Notes: a model not told the origin generated them from the letters alone. A stretch of 64,000 nt of DNA from the human T2T-CHM13v2.0 reference genome, Homo sapiens (GCA_009914755.4 CP068257.2:44608001-44672000); one strand, 5' to 3'. Shown: positions 43,661-61,350, counted from the stretch's first letter. Translations and numbers: made by a program.

Positions 43661-43734
43661 ATGGTCAACATTCTACTAACGCTCAATCATCGTGTATACA
43701 ACATTAACTATGTTTTATTTTTGTTTATTTTTTT

Positions 43735-44013
43735 TGAGAGGGCCTCTGTTGCCCAGGCTGGAGAGTGCAGATCTTGGCTCACTGCAGCCTCAACTTCCTG
43801 GGCTCAAGCGATCCTCCCACCTCAGCCTCCTGAGTAGCTGGGACTACAGGAGCATCCCACCACACCTGCCTGGCTTTTTTTTTATTTTTAGTAGAGACAG
43901 GGCCTCCCTATGTTGCCCAGGCTGGCCTTGAACTCCTGAGCTCAAGCAATTTTCCCACCTCCCAAGTTTGCCAAGGTGCCAGGATAACAGGTGTGAGCCA
44001 AAGCACCCAGCCA
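43735..44013 (-). mobile_element. Alu
   Basis: Alu-consensus match. Confidence 0.85.
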
Positions 44014-44984
44014 ATATTAACTACAAGTGGCAAGTTGTGGAAAACCTTTTCATTTACTCCAGAATATCAGTTCTGTTTGGCAACCTGCAGATCTGACAAG
44101 GAGCAAACCTGCAAAAGACCTTCTGACTGTGACATGACTGTGGGTTTAGTCACTGTTTACAGGAGGCCCTGATGTGTGACCAAAGAAATGACCTGGAGCC
44201 ACAGATCAACCAAGGCAGGTCCCAGGATCTCCCAGGCAGCATCCTCCCCACGCTGTGGCCACTACGGGCTTGTGGCAAGGAATCCTGGCAGCCTCCTTGG
44301 AGCCGCTGCCAGAATGGGCAGCAGAGTGTGTGCGAGGTGAGGTGGCGCTCTGTGCGGTGGGCCGCGGTCCTGGTCACATTGCACTGAACGGAATCATGCA
44401 GGGCCTAGAACAGCAGGTGCTACAGGGGCTGCTCTGTCCTCATCCCCAAGTTCCGTGGAAGTGGAACAAAATAACCGACTGGAAACCCCAAGACACAGTT
44501 TACTCTGCGCAAACCCCAGGGGAGGGACTGGCCTTCCCATTGCCTCTGCAACCCTAGCACACGGCAAAGCACAGACACTGAGGCACCCACTGAAAGGAAC
44601 TTAGCGCCATCAGCCTCACTCCAGAAACTTCGATTTAAAACATGAAGCATTTCAAAGTCAGAGATTTTGTGCATATGATATGAGATTTTTGCTTTTTAGT
44701 TAGCTTTCATGGATGATGATAGTGCTGAATTCAACCTATGTTTTCCCAAAGAGATTTTTCTTATTTGAACCATGGAACAGTATTTTCCATTGCACAGCCT
44801 TTCCGGATGGTGACCAACAGTGATAACCCCTATAAAACAGGGCAACACCGGTAACCCCTTCGTGGGGCTGCTGCAAGGGTGACACAGCATCAGCCTGAGA
44901 CCTCCTTTGAAAAGCTTGGAATAAGAAAGCACCCAAACAGCACAAGAACCACCTGCTTTCTTCCAACTCTGCAAGCACAGCTCA

Positions 44985-45473
<489 letters not shown>

Positions 45474-45757
45474 TTACTAACTACCACGCTTGGATTGGTT
45501 TGACAAAGGTTTCCTTCAAAACAATAATGAATAGAATAAACAAATTCAAAAAGCAATTTAGGAATCAGTTATCAAAAAGTTACTTTAAAGTAATGCCAAT
45601 GGACTGTCAGCTGTGCTGGATGGTAAAGTCTAAAAAACAGAAAACTTAACTCTTTTTGTTTAGAAATGAATTGATTTTGACTGAATTATTCGTGATGGAG
45701 AACAAATGCTTGTCACGTAGAAAAAGACAATACAGCAATCTTTCATAACCAGTTTAA

Positions 45758-46150
<393 letters not shown>

Positions 46151-46171
46151 TAATTTTAAAATTTAAAATCA

Positions 46172-46480
46172 GCCGGGCATGGAGACTCTAACTGTAATCC
46201 CAGCACTTTGGGAGGCCGAGGCAGGTGGATCACCTGAGGTCAGGAGTTCCGGACAAGCCTGGCCAACATGGTGAAACCCTGTCTCTACTAAAAATACAAA
46301 AAAATGAGGCGGGCATGGTGGTATGTGCCTGTAATCCCAGCTACTCAGGAGACTGAGGCAAGAGAATCGCTTGAACCCAGGAGGTGGAGGTTGCAGTGAG
46401 CCAAGATCGCACTACTGTACTCCGGCCTGGGCAACAGAGCAGGACTCGGTCTCAAAAATAAAATGAAATAAAAAATTAAA
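46172..46480 (+). mobile_element. Alu
   Basis: Alu-consensus match. Confidence 0.9.
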
Positions 46481-47152
46481 ATCAACCACACATCTAGATA
46501 TTCTGTCACACAGTTCTTGAGGAAAATACAAAGAAAAAAAAAAGAGGTTCACCATTGATAGGGGATTCTTAGAACTAAAGGGGACACTGTCCACCATAAG
46601 TCCAGCTTAACCACAAGCAGAGGGTCCACCACAAGCAGAGGGCCAGAGAGCTCGCCAGACTTCGCATGTAAGTGACTAATTATGGATCAGACCAGGGTTT
46701 TACATTCATTCATTCTCACTACCCCATTCTTCGCATTTTTGTTTTACATAATTTTTTCCTCTCTTATTCTGAGATCTTTGACAAAACTATCTGGGAACAG
46801 GGAACTGCTAACAACCTTGCAGGGCACCTGGAACTCCCTCTCCTGGTTCACTCACCTGTCTCATGAGGAGGATTCCTTCCTCATTTTCTCACTGGTGAGG
46901 AGAAACTATTTTCAGAAATGAACATGTGGGGCCTACGTCAGATGTGCTGGTCCCAGGGCACACCCCCATCGCTCTTCCCCCAGCTCAGCTCAGCCGACTG
47001 CAAAGCCAGACCAAGGTCCTCTACTATCATCCCAACATCTGCTACCAGACAGAATGCTGCACTATTGGCTACTGCCACTCCTGAAAGCTCTTCTCCTGTT
47101 TAAAGCCTGCCTTTTCAGCCACCTTAGGACAACTTTTGGATGTGAAAATTCA

Positions 47153-47500
<348 letters not shown>

Positions 47501-47571
47501 TCAATTTCTCACTTTTCAATTTGAAACAAAGCCCATGATGCACATTTTAATAGGACTTTGTAGTGACTTAA

Positions 47572-47892
<321 letters not shown>

Positions 47893-47923
47893 TAAAATAT
47901 ATAACAGAGTAATAAAAATATCA

Positions 47924-48178
<255 letters not shown>

Positions 48179-49247
48179 CTAGAGACATGAAGCCGAGACA
48201 GGATGCCCATGTGGCATACCTTGGGCCAGGCATAGTTATGCCTGAAAATGAGGGGGAAAATCACATACACACCCACACAAGATCAGTATTTGAGAATATA
48301 TTTTTTCAACATAAAATTTCTGTTAAAAGGTGACAATCAAAATTCAAAGACAAATAGAGAAATTTGATTTTGGCAAATATGACAAGGAGTTAAGATATGA
48401 GTGCGTCATGACAAACAGGAGGAATGTTAAGTGAAGGCACATCTGCTAGCCTCCAAAGCAGAGAGACGGGACAGGGAAGGGCCTCAAGCACTTAAAAGGT
48501 CTCAGGCCCGCTCACACACCAGATTAAGTCTACACAGAGCAGAAGTGAAACAGAGACAGGCGGTGAGGACTGCTGAGGACACAGCATCAGGGGCTGGCTG
48601 CCCACCTGGGGCCTGGAATTGCATCTCCCACCTCAAAAGGAGGCTGAAGACGTGGCCAAGGGAAGAGGCAGAGATGTACACAGGACAAGGCCCTGGGCAT
48701 GTGCCTCTCCTGGGGCAGGGGCCCTACAGTGACACGAGTTGCTGGGCTGGGGACCCCGCACCAGGCGAAGGGTGTATAAAGCCACCAGCCAGGAAGAGGA
48801 GAAGCCCATAAGCAAAATTCACAAAGTCCAAAAGGATCTATATTGGTGCAGCTTTCTGGGGCAACAATTTGGGAAGATACATGGATAATGTTCAGGAAAG
48901 GTCATACCCTCTGATGCAGTAATTTAATTCTTAGGATCTGAAGAAAATAATCTAAATACCAGAGAAGCATTACATACAAGATGCCAAACAATATTACTAA
49001 TAGAACTAAAAATTTAGAAGCAGCCTATCTACTAATGGTAAAAATGCAGAGTTTTGACAGAGCTACTAATAAAATAATATGCTGTCATTTTTAAATGCTC
49101 ATAGTTTACCCTAACAAAGGAAAATGTTCATGACATAATTTTAAGTGGAAAAGATACACATAAAATTGTATCTAGAGCATAATCTCGAATGTGTAAAACA
49201 TAAGCATAGAAACAGACAGGAATAAGATCGTAAAAAGAAAAAAGTTA

Positions 49248-49553
49248 GCTGGATGTGGTGGCTCACGCCTGTAATCCCAGCACTTTGGGAGGCGGAGGTG
49301 GGCAGATGACTTGAGCTTAGGAGTTCGGGACCAGCCTGGGCAACACGGCAAGACCCCATCGCTGCAAAAAATAAAACAGTAACTAGGCGTGGTGGAGCAT
49401 GCCTGTAATCCCAGCTACTCTGTAAGCTGAGTGAGAGGAGAGGATCACCTGAGCCTGGGAAGTTGAGGCTGTAGTGAGCCATGATTGGACCACTGCACTT
49501 CAGCCTAGGTGACAGAGTGAGACCCTGTCTCAAAAAAAAAAAAAAAAAAAAAA
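49248..49553 (+). mobile_element. Alu
   Basis: Alu-consensus match; explains ORF 49141..49590(-). Confidence 0.9.
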
Positions 49554-49665
49554 GAATTTGAAAAACAACTTTATTTAAAATAACTTGCATCTATACCTTA
49601 TCATGTATAGGTACCAATTACAGAGTGAACATCTCACAATGCAAAACAGCTTAATATGATTGTTA

Positions 49666-49929
<264 letters not shown>

Positions 49930-50564
49930 TCAAGTAAAAGGTAAGAATGTACCACATGGTTAGCACGAACCTACAGAAGTGTATTCTCATAATGATAAAA
50001 AGAAATTAAAACTTAAAACACACACACACATTACAAAAGAAAAGAAAAACATTTGTAAAACTCAGAGCCTCAGACAAAGAGGACTTATGGTCTATTATGC
50101 CAGGCAGTGGGACATCAAAGCTCCCAAAGACCCGAGTCCACCTCTCTCTAACAGTCACAGACCCTCACTGCAGACTAAGAGAAAGACCCCCGAGTCACCT
50201 CTCCAACAGTCACAGACCCTCACTGCAGATAAAAGCAGGGGAGTGTCCTCACTTTCAGCCGGAGTTTTCTAACTCCTGTAATGACCTCAATGACAAAAAA
50301 TCATGGTGCAGGATGTTTACTAAAAGGATTGACTTGTAACAACTGCAAATATTCAAAATATATCACTATTCTAAAACTGTCTCAGTATTCACCATGACTT
50401 TAATATAAGAATCATATAATGGACGTTAACTGGGTTCTTACCTGAATGAGTAAACTGCTATTACACTTAAGTTACAATGTAGCTTGCAAGGAAAAGGAAA
50501 TGCAACAACTTCACACTCAAAATATATACTTATTGTTTTCATGTTGAAAAATTCTAATACCTGG

Positions 50565-50872
50565 GCCCGGCCTGGTGGCTCACGCCTGTAATCCCAGCAC
50601 TTTGGGAGGCCAAGACTGGCAGATCACCTGAGGTCGGGAGTTCGAGACCAGCCTGACCAACATGGAGAAACCCCATCTCTACTAAGAATACAAAAATTAG
50701 CCGGGCGTGGTGGCGCATGGCTGTAGTCCCAGCTACTCAGGAGGCTGAGGCAAGACAATCACTTGAACCCGGGAGGCGGACGTTGCAGTGAGCTGACGTT
50801 GCGCTCACTCTGTCATGGTACTCCACCATGGGTAACAGAGCAAGACTCCATCTCGAGGAAAAAAAAAAAAAG
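50565..50872 (+). mobile_element. Alu
   Basis: Alu-consensus match. Confidence 0.9.
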
Positions 50873-51013
50873 AAAAATTCTAATACCTAATAATAATTTT
50901 TAGAATATAAAAATCACTGTATCAATGATATGATGTTTGATGGCAGCTTTTATTACTATATGTTATTATATTAAGGAAACATGGTGATTATTCAAATTAT
51001 CCACAGCTTTTAA

Positions 51014-51648
<635 letters not shown>

Positions 51649-52120
51649 TGAAATTTAAGAGAAAAAAATTGGCTAAGAGAAGTACCTGTGTTTTTTCCTT
51701 TTATTTTTGGTCCCTGCATATATTTTTAGTGTTAATGGAATACTTACTTTTTAGTAGGTAATACATTCACACAGTTCAACATTGTAACAGTGTAAGAATG
51801 CCCTGTCCAAGACGGAGCACTCCACCATAACCTCTGCCCCTCGGAATCCCGCTCCCTCTACAGACAGGAGCCCATTCTTTTGCATCCTCCCACTACTATT
51901 TTATACATACATTAGCAAACATATTTGCACATTTATGTACACATACACGCAACACTCACTCCAAGAAGACAGGCAGACTATGAAGATCAGACACAGCATA
52001 TCACAGGCTCTGAGACTCAACAGCAATAGAGCCCAATGGAAAGGAGTTGCTCCTGCCCTGATGGCACCCAAGATGACGACCTCACCAGGCCCCTAGAACC
52101 TCTGCCACCAAGTGCCATAC

Positions 52121-52311
52121 CTTGCCGCATGATCCTGTCTCTCTGGTCAAGCAGGCGGTACTTCTCCTTGGATGTCTCAGCCACAGTGCCTATCAGGGTA
52201 CTGAGGGAGAGCACACATGGCCCGAGGCCCTCGGAGCCCTCGGAGGCTGAGTCAAAAGAGTCTCCCTCGAATTGGTGGGCCTTTAGAAGACTTGGCTTCT
52301 TCACTGGAGAG
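52121..52311 (-). CDS. MCM3AP: MCM3AP coding exon 5 (191 nt; [64 protein letters not shown])
   Basis: ORF 52017..52382(-). The acceptor is ctttatag|C and the donor is CAAG|gtatgg. Confidence 0.9.
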
Positions 52312-52549
52312 CTATAAAGTAAACACCACGCTGAGGGCCCTCGTCCCAGGAAGGCCTTCAGAGCATTTTCATTTCTGAACACGTCCCCTCATCTTTCAAG
52401 ATTTTCTGGTCCTCTAAAGCTGAGAAACTACAAGCACTGAAATGAGATGAGTTTTGATAAGGATGGTAATGAGCACAAAAGCGTTATTCACATTACTCAC
52501 TGACTTTAATATAATTTTGAAATATTTCATACTTTTGAAAAACAAAATA

Positions 52550-52772
52550 GCCTGGGCAACATAGGGAGACCCCATCTCTACAAAAAATTTAAAAATTAGC
52601 CGGGCATGGTGGCATGTGCCTCTAGTCCCAGCTACTCGAGAGGCTGGGGTGAGAGGATTGCTTGAGCCTGGCAGGCAGAGGTTGCAGTGAGCTGAGATTA
52701 TTACACTGCTGCTCTCCAGCCTGGGTGACAGAGTGAGACTCTAACTTACCACCCCCCGAAAAAAAAAAAAAG
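52550..52772 (+). mobile_element. 5'-truncated Alu, ~240 nt upstream of coding exon 5
   Basis: Alu-consensus match. Confidence 0.8.
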
Positions 52773-53228
52773 ATAGGCTCATTTAAACAGCTAAAATGAA
52801 CACTTACTGATTTCTATTTCAAAGAAATAAACTCAGCATGAAAAAAGTCTTTAATATCATAAGGAAATATTAAGCCTACATGTTTTAAAACAGAAATTAT
52901 TTTGGTAGAAGGACATACTAAAAGGAATCAGGCATTCTCTCTCAGCTTCCCCATTTTCTAGCTTTCATCATTTTCTGAACTTGAATGTCAAAGATTATGT
53001 CAAACCAGCAACTAAACTGCTCATCACAAAACGGAAAGTGAGGAAAATACATTGGCCAAAAGATGAAAAGATGGATTCAGCCGGAGATCTGTCAAAGTAG
53101 GCCTGGTGTGAAAAGCAAAAGCCTTTGAGAACAGAGTTCCCCAGACAGACAAGGTAGCCAGGGCACTTCACATCACATGCCGGTTAACACAACTAACATG
53201 GCCGACCGTGTCTGCTTCACTGTGATAA

Positions 53229-53579
<351 letters not shown>

Positions 53580-53649
53580 TCAGGAAAAAAAAAAAAAAAA
53601 AAGTAATGCTGGAAACTGCTGAAAGTGATTATTAGAAATGCATGGTTTG

Positions 53650-53939
<290 letters not shown>

Positions 53940-54589
53940 TTATTGCTTATACATTTATATGTCAAGTGGAACTGCACTTAACTGCAGTGGGATTCAGGAC
54001 GAGTTAGATGAGCAAGGAGATTTCCTACTACAATCCTGTGAGGCAGGCAGCGACCCGCCACAGGGCGCCAGCCTGCGTGTGTCCCACAGAGCAGGCACTC
54101 TGTGCAAGGACAGAAGTTCTGCTGTCCTAAGTGAGCAGCCTCCCCTGGATCTCCTGTAGCTGCAGCTGAAAGGTCTGTACCAGCTATAACAACTGTGTGA
54201 TGAGATTCTCCCATAGAAAATGCCAAGATGGAAACAAGAAAAAAAGGCCAGCCCCAAAGGAAGGCTTTCTCAGCAACCTTGGCCCTAGGGTATATGAGAA
54301 CAAGACAGGACAGAATCACTGCTCTCCACCATCTCTGCAGCTGGCAGTTACCAGTGTCAGAAAATTCTCTCTTCTGGCTGGGACCACCAGCCCCACACAG
54401 ACCCACCTCCTAACGGCCCATGCTGGCAGGAGGGGCAGAGCCCCTGCCCCTCCACCCCCAACCATCCCTAGCAACTGGCTTTTGTCTCCTCACCACTCCC
54501 CACAGTCTTGCACCCTGACTCAGGTGTCGCTATAGGGCGCTATTTCCTGGTCCTTCCGGAATAAGGTCATTAGGAGGGACCGATCCCAC

Positions 54590-54734
54590 CTTTTATTCAG
54601 GAGGCTGCTAGCACCAGTCCTCCCTGCGGCCTTGCCAAGAGGAGAGTGCTGAAAGGGTGCATCCTCTGTGCTCGGGCTGACTTCACCGTCACCTGGTTTC
54701 TTCTCCTTCAGGGAAAAGGGTTTCTTATTGGGGC
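54590..54734 (-). CDS. MCM3AP: MCM3AP coding exon 4 (145 nt; [48 protein letters not shown])
   Basis: ORF 54520..54780(-). The acceptor is tccacag|GC and the donor is AAAAG|gtggga. Confidence 0.9.
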
Positions 54735-55093
54735 CTGTGGACATAGGAGGCAGAAAAGAGTTTATGCAATCACAGATCACCTGGAACTGGATTTTTTCAC
54801 TCTGTTTCTAAGAAAGTAATATTATTTTCATTGTCACAGGAGGTTAGAGAAGAGCCCAAGGAAATAACTGTGAGATGCAAATCCACTGAGAGCCAGCCTC
54901 CTCCACTGGCTGGGGAAAGGGCTCACGCTCAAAGGGTTTGGACCAAGAGCATGAGAAACTGAAAAGAGGGCCATGCACAATGGCTCATGCCTGTAATCCC
55001 AAGATCAGACTGGGCAACATAGCGAGATCTCATCTCTATAAAATAAATAAAAATAATTTTTTTAAAAAGTGAAAAGAATAATTGAAAACTCAC

Positions 55094-55172
55094 TTATTTT
55101 CTTCCTGTGCCAAAAGATAGCCATGTCTTTATGCAAACTTTTCCCCTTCTTTCTAGCCAGGGCTGCAGATGC
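55094..55172 (-). CDS. MCM3AP: MCM3AP coding exon 3 (79 nt; [26 protein letters not shown])
   Basis: Hand translation of the reverse complement. The acceptor is tgttttccag|GCATCT and the donor is ATAA|gtgagt. The exon is too short to appear in the ORF track. Its phase links exons 2 and 4. Confidence 0.85.
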
Positions 55173-55411
55173 CTGGAAAACAGTCCACAACCGCCATGTG
55201 TGAGTATATCAGGAAACCAAAGGAAATGGGATTGAAAACTCAAATGCAGTAAGCACAACAGACCATTCAAAGGCACCAGGAGCTCCTGTCCTTTGCACGA
55301 CAGTGATTTCTCCACCCACACGTCTGCTAACTGCATGGTCTCTGGCTGCGGCAGCAGCAGTATTCATCTCCCTTACCTGTCTCACAAGCATGTATTTGCT
55401 CTTTCCCCCTT

Positions 55412-55715
<304 letters not shown>

Positions 55716-56139
55716 TAACAACTTTGCTTCATAGAACTCACAAACTTGGCCTTGTTGGCATTTGGTGAGATGATTCTCACCAGCTGATCACACATACAGA
55801 GACAGAAAGTTTGCGAAGTCACAATTAAGCACAAAAGGGAGCTGCAGAATAACACACATGGGATGCCACTTACCACAGAAAACACACACAAAACCAACCA
55901 CGTTAGTCTCCGTGTAGATACACTCATAAAAATGTCTAAAAAAATACACATCACACTAGTTAACTGGACTGCTCCTGAGTAACAGGAGAGATGAGGATAT
56001 TCAGTTTTGTCTGTATCAATGAATTGTTTATAAAGGCAGTCTATTTACATATTAGTTATGTCATAAAATATTTAAGGTTCAGCTGGGAAAATAAGCACAT
56101 TGCAACAGGCAAAAAATAACTGTAAAAACAAAAGGGGGT

Positions 56140-56765
56140 TGGGCATGGTGGCTCATGCCCGTTATCCTAGCACTTTGGGAGGTGGAGGTGGGAGGATCAC
56201 TTGTGCCCAGGAATTTAGGACCAGCCTGGGCCACATAGTGAAACTTCATCTCAAAAAAATAAATAAATAATAAAATAACAATAAAATAAATAGTAGTAAT
56301 AAATAATAAAAACAAGGCCAGGCATGGTGGCTCACGCCTGTAATCCCAGCACTTTGGGAGGCCAAGGTGCGTGGAACACTGAGGTCAGGAGTTCGAGACC
56401 AGCCTGGCCAACGTGGTGAAACCCCCTCTCCACTAAAACTACAAAAATTAGCCAGGCATGGTGGTGCACACACAATCCCAGCTACTTGGGAGGCTGAGGG
56501 AGGAGAATCGCTTGAACTGGAAAGGTAAAGGTTGAAGTGAGCCAAGATTGCGCCACTACAATACAGGCTGGGAGACAGAGCAAGGCCCCGTCTCAAAAAC
56601 AACAACAACAAAAATGAGAGCCGGTACAATGACTCAGGTCTGTAATCCCAACATTTTGGGAGGCTAAGGCAGGAGGACAGCTTGAGGACCGGAGTTCGAG
56701 ACCTGCCTGAGCAACACAGTAAGACCCCATCTATACAAATGTAAAAATACAAACTTTTTTTAATT
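56140..56765 (+). mobile_element. Alu cluster: partial (56140-56310), full (56317-56615), partial (56616-56765)
   Basis: Alu-consensus matches; explains ORFs 56079..56315(-) and 56246..56839(-). Confidence 0.85.
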
Positions 56766-56774
56766 AAAAAAATT

Positions 56775-57100
56775 AAAACTAAAAACAAATTAGGATTACC
56801 ATATGACCCAGCAATTCCAATCCTAAGAATATACCCCAAAAAACTGAAAGCAGGGACTCAAATAAGTCATATGCCAATGAACATTATTCACAATAGCCAA
56901 AAAGTAGAAACAACCCGCGTCTGCCAACAGACGAATCAACAAAACGTAGTCCATCCACTCAATGTAGTATCATTCACTTTATAAATTTATACTTTATAAA
57001 TTCCTATAGAACGTAATTTTGTCTATGAGAATACTCAGAAAAAATAGTGACGATATAAAGCTATATAACATAAGCAGTCCACGTTCACTGCACCCTAGAA
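56775..57100 (+). mobile_element. L1 3'-end fragment (…CCATATGACCCAGCAATTCCAATCCTAAGAATATACCCCAAAAAACTGAAAGCAGGGACTCAAATAAGTCATATGCCAATGAACATTATTCACAATAGCCAAAAAGTAGAAACAACC…)
   Basis: It is similar to the conserved 3' part of L1 ORF2/3'UTR. Confidence 0.55.
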
Positions 57101-57118
57101 AGTATTATGCATACATTT

Positions 57119-57823
<705 letters not shown>

Positions 57824-58211
57824 TTTCACTTTTTCTGTATTGTTTGAACGTTTACAGCGATCATCTTCTATGACCAAATAAAACAAAAACAAAACCAAAA
57901 AACTCAACTTCCAAAAGTACTATGTGGTTAGAGCCTTTCAGAAGAATTTCTGAATTTCTAAAGCCTTTCAGAAGAATTTCACTTCATGAGAACAACTCTC
58001 CCAGCATTTCTAGAGTACTATATTCTGTAGGGACCTAGAATATGCCAAGTTATGAAATAAATAGTGCTATCCCAGCCTATGCTAATAAGATATTTGAGTA
58101 CTTTCTCTATATTATAGTAAGCAAACAACTGAGGGACCAAAAAAAAAAAACAGGTTTTAAAGTGACAAGGTTCAAATCTAGGGTAACAAATGGCAAGATG
58201 GGAGTACTCAC

Positions 58212-58435
58212 ATGATCAAAGAAATGTACCACTGCAAGCTTTTTGCTGCGCCTGGTAAAGATGCGCTGCACTTTAGCAATTTTGCCAAAATGGTTCTCCA
58301 GAATGGTCCTGTCGTTGAGGTAGTCAGGGATATTCTTGCACTGGATGGCTGTGACTTCAGAGGGAGACAAGCCCCCAAGACTGTCTGTGCTCTCGCTTCT
58401 GTTACTCTGACGCGCCGGAGTTCCTCTTAGAGAAT
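58212..58435 (-). CDS. MCM3AP: MCM3AP coding exon 2 (224 nt; [75 protein letters not shown])
   Basis: ORF 58107..58370(-) plus the upstream frame. The acceptor is ccctag|AT and the donor is CAT|gtgagt at 58211-58206. Phase is consistent. Confidence 0.9.
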
Positions 58436-58664
58436 CTAGGGGTTCAGAGAATGGACACTTAAACCATCAGATGTTTCCAACAACAGGAGGCACCAACTGT
58501 GTCGAAGCAGAGGAAATTTTCAGATGTAAGACCTGCTCCGATGACATGTTAGAATCCCTAATGTTTATGGGAGATTTATCTGAAAAATCAAGCTAACACC
58601 CAGAGAAACGTATTGAAAACCTGCCTGCAGGATTTACTCTATGTGCTACATTTTCAGAGCTCAC

Positions 58665-59883
58665 CTTCTTTCTTCTCTCTACTTTCAGTTTCTTCCTCTT
58701 TATTCACACCTGGAATCCGGGAAGGTGCCAGGACAGACTGATTCCCTCCTGGGATAGCCATGTGGTCACTTTCTGCAGACTCAACAAAGCCAGTTTCCTT
58801 TTTGGCCTCCTTGTTGCCCAGACGACCTACTTCCTTATTGCTTTTGAAAACATCCTGTATCGTCCGACCAAATAAAGTACCTCCCCGGGGTCGATTCAGG
58901 CGGACAGGTCGTTTGTCTGGAGGATGATCGCCCCGGGACAGAGGATCCGAATCTTCTGCTGGCTCGTGGCCATGTCTCCTTGGGGAGCGATCCTGGTCCT
59001 CCTTCCTTTTCAGTCCTTTCATTAGGCTGGGAAGTGGTTCCACCTGGGAAACAGCTTCTTCACACCCCTGCCTGACACCTGCTTTGCTAGCCTGGAAAGG
59101 TTCGCCCAAAACCGCAGATGATACAGGGAAGCTACTGAAGCTATTATTAGAACTTCCAAATATTGACTTAGGTCCTCTCTTCTCTTCCTCTACATTTTGG
59201 TTTGACAAAGCAGGGGTAAAGGCAGATAATGAATTATTACTACTAACAGGTTTTGAAAAGGTAAAATTTGAAGTGGTAGCTGAACTACTTGTTACTTGAG
59301 GAAAAGAGAAAGGGGCCAGGCCTCCAGGTGCACTACTAATTGGGTGGGAAAATGTAAAAAACCCAGAAGCAATTTGGCTCTGGGTTTTCTCTGGCTCAGA
59401 TTCAGCCCCCAGTATTGGTTTGAACACTGCATTTTCCAGAGGTTTAAAGCTGAATTCTGTTTTCCCAAAACCAGAGTTCACTATTTCTCCAGCTTCTTGT
59501 CCAAAAGCAGAAGTGCTTGGGAAAGCCCCAACACTGGTGGGTGATTTAAAACTAAATCCTGTGTTTCCCAGCACAGATAAACTTGAAGGCCCAGAGGTAG
59601 CCACAAAGGTGGAAGTGTGCTCAAGTCCAGAAAAGGGTCCAACACTTGAGGTTTGGGTGAACCCTAATGTTTGCACTGAAGAGGAATGACTTACTCCAGA
59701 AGACGCTGGAAAGCTGGATACCTGTGAAAATCCCGAGCTCTTCCCAGATAAGGTACTGTTTTGTCCAAAAAGAGAAGGTTGACCAAATCGAAATGGCGGC
59801 TTAGATGGAAGTGTTCCTACATTACTAGAAGACGCCGAAAAAGCACTAGGCTGCTGCCCACTGAAAGGATTAGTTGGGTTCAT
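58665..59883 (-). CDS. MCM3AP: MCM3AP/GANP coding exon 1 of 28 (1219 nt), FG-repeat nucleoporin-like N-terminus, ATG at 59883-59881
   Basis: ORF 58654..59895(-) reads [23 protein letters not shown]…[10 protein letters not shown]. There is a probable acceptor gcag|aagATG at 59886 and a donor GAAG|gtgagc at 58664-58659. Kozak context is A at -3. Confidence 0.92.
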
Positions 59884-60399
59884 CTTCTGCTCCAATTATT
59901 AGAAGGTAATTAAGTATTATGTGTACAAAATTAATTGGCTTCCTGAAACAGCCTGTAGCACTAGGGAGTTCCCCTTCGTCTTTAGAACAAGCTGAAAGAG
60001 AAAAATTCAGATCATCATAGCTATGTTCTGCTACAAGTCTAAGAAAAGAATTTTTGAACACTGTCATACTAAAAGGATAACTATTTCAAAGGCAGGCAAA
60101 GGGTTATTATTTTCTGAGAGCCGATAGGTTATTTTGTTGGAGGGTGGGGTAGAGAGTGGTACAAATAATTACTTTGTTACAGAGGTTTAAAGCGTGATCC
60201 TTTAAGATTAAAAAAAAAAAAGCCGAATCTTTTTACTGAGTTAGTAAATTCATGAAAAACCTCCATTGGCAGTAAGAAAATGAATGCTGTTCCACCTTAC
60301 AACTTAGAGACGAATTTCTCCCGACTTCCTCCAATCTCTACAGCCGGAGAATTCACTGTAACGCTGTCAAAACCTTAGCGTTTCGGGATCTCCTCCCAC

Positions 60400-61350
60400 C
60401 TGGCTTCCCTCGGAGCGGCTGGAGCGCTAAGCACTTTCTCACATTCCTTCATCGCGCCCTGGCGGCCACCCTCGAGCGGGCTGGAAGGACGAGGGCGCTG
60501 CCACGAAGCTGAGGCCTCTCGGCGGGGACGGCGTGCCCGGGGAGCCTAATCTTCCACCCAGCACAGCCCGAAACGGCGGAGGCCACGCGCTGGGCCCAGG
60601 CCGGCCTGGCCACTGTCCCGCCCCGGGCTCGCCAGGGGTCGCCGGCGCCGCAACGCTCCGTTAGCGACGATGTGGAGGCCCGGGCGCGCGGAGCTGCGTG
60701 GGGGAAGGAAACGGCGCCCCTGGCGCCGGCCCAGCCCCCACGCTCACCGTCTCGCCCCAGGACCCCGAGGCCCGCGCTGCCCACTGGCCCCTCGGAAAGA
60801 CTTGAGGCGCAAGCACAGGCTGCTGCCGCGACACTCAGCGCTGCGCACCGCGGGCAGAAAACGCCGCGGACCGACTTCCGGTTCGCTCAGCACTACCGGA
60901 TTCCGCCCCGCCCGCTGCGATCCGGTTCCGCTCCCCACAACCCGCTCTGTGGCGGGGCTTCCGGTCGGGAGGGTCCGCCAGCTCTCGCGTCCTTTGCTGG
61001 GTCCAGACACCGGTACGTCCGGGCGGGTTTTTAGTCTCCCAAGCGAGAGCGTCGCATTCACCCGCGTGGGTCTGCGGGCGCCCCAGACCCCAGAGGACCC
61101 GGCCCCCAACGCTTACCTGTCCCCTCTCCTGTCCCTCCCCCATTCCAGCCCCTTCTCTCCCCAGCCGTTGCCCCTCCCCGCACCCCGCCGCGTCCGCGCG
61201 CCTCTCTCCGCGCGCACCCCCAACCCGCCCCCTTTTCTCTGGGAACCGCTCCTTCCGCTCCGCCCGCCTGGAGTCCTTCTGGCCGGATTCCGCGGCATCC
61301 TTCCATAGACCCTCGTTGTTGCTTCCTCCTTGTGGTAAATGTAAATTCCC
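60400..61350. promoter_or_regulatory. CpG island: shared bidirectional promoter of MCM3AP (minus) and YBEY (plus), containing their non-coding first exons
   Basis: The region is dense in CpG and GC, between the MCM3AP ATG exon (≤59886) and the YBEY exon 2 acceptor (61416). The Arg/Pro-rich ORFs on both strands here are spurious. A candidate YBEY exon-1 donor GTG|gtaaat is at 61335/61336. Candidate MCM3AP exon-1 donors are CCAG|gtggga at ~60391 and TAAG|gtggaa at ~60291. Confidence 0.75.

Noticed and set aside
59084-59689. Plus-strand ORFs 59084..59299, 59296..59544 and 59420..59689 inside the large MCM3AP exon
   Set aside because: They are antisense frames of a verified coding exon whose low-complexity FG/Ser-rich composition leaves complementary frames open. 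They have no independent start context or splice signals.
58654-59895. ORF-track start '[11 protein letters not shown]' at 59895 for the first MCM3AP coding exon
   Set aside because: The track's first residue derives from a non-ATG (TTG) codon. It lies upstream of a probable acceptor (gcag|aagATG) and so is intronic. The true initiator is the ATG at 59883-59881.
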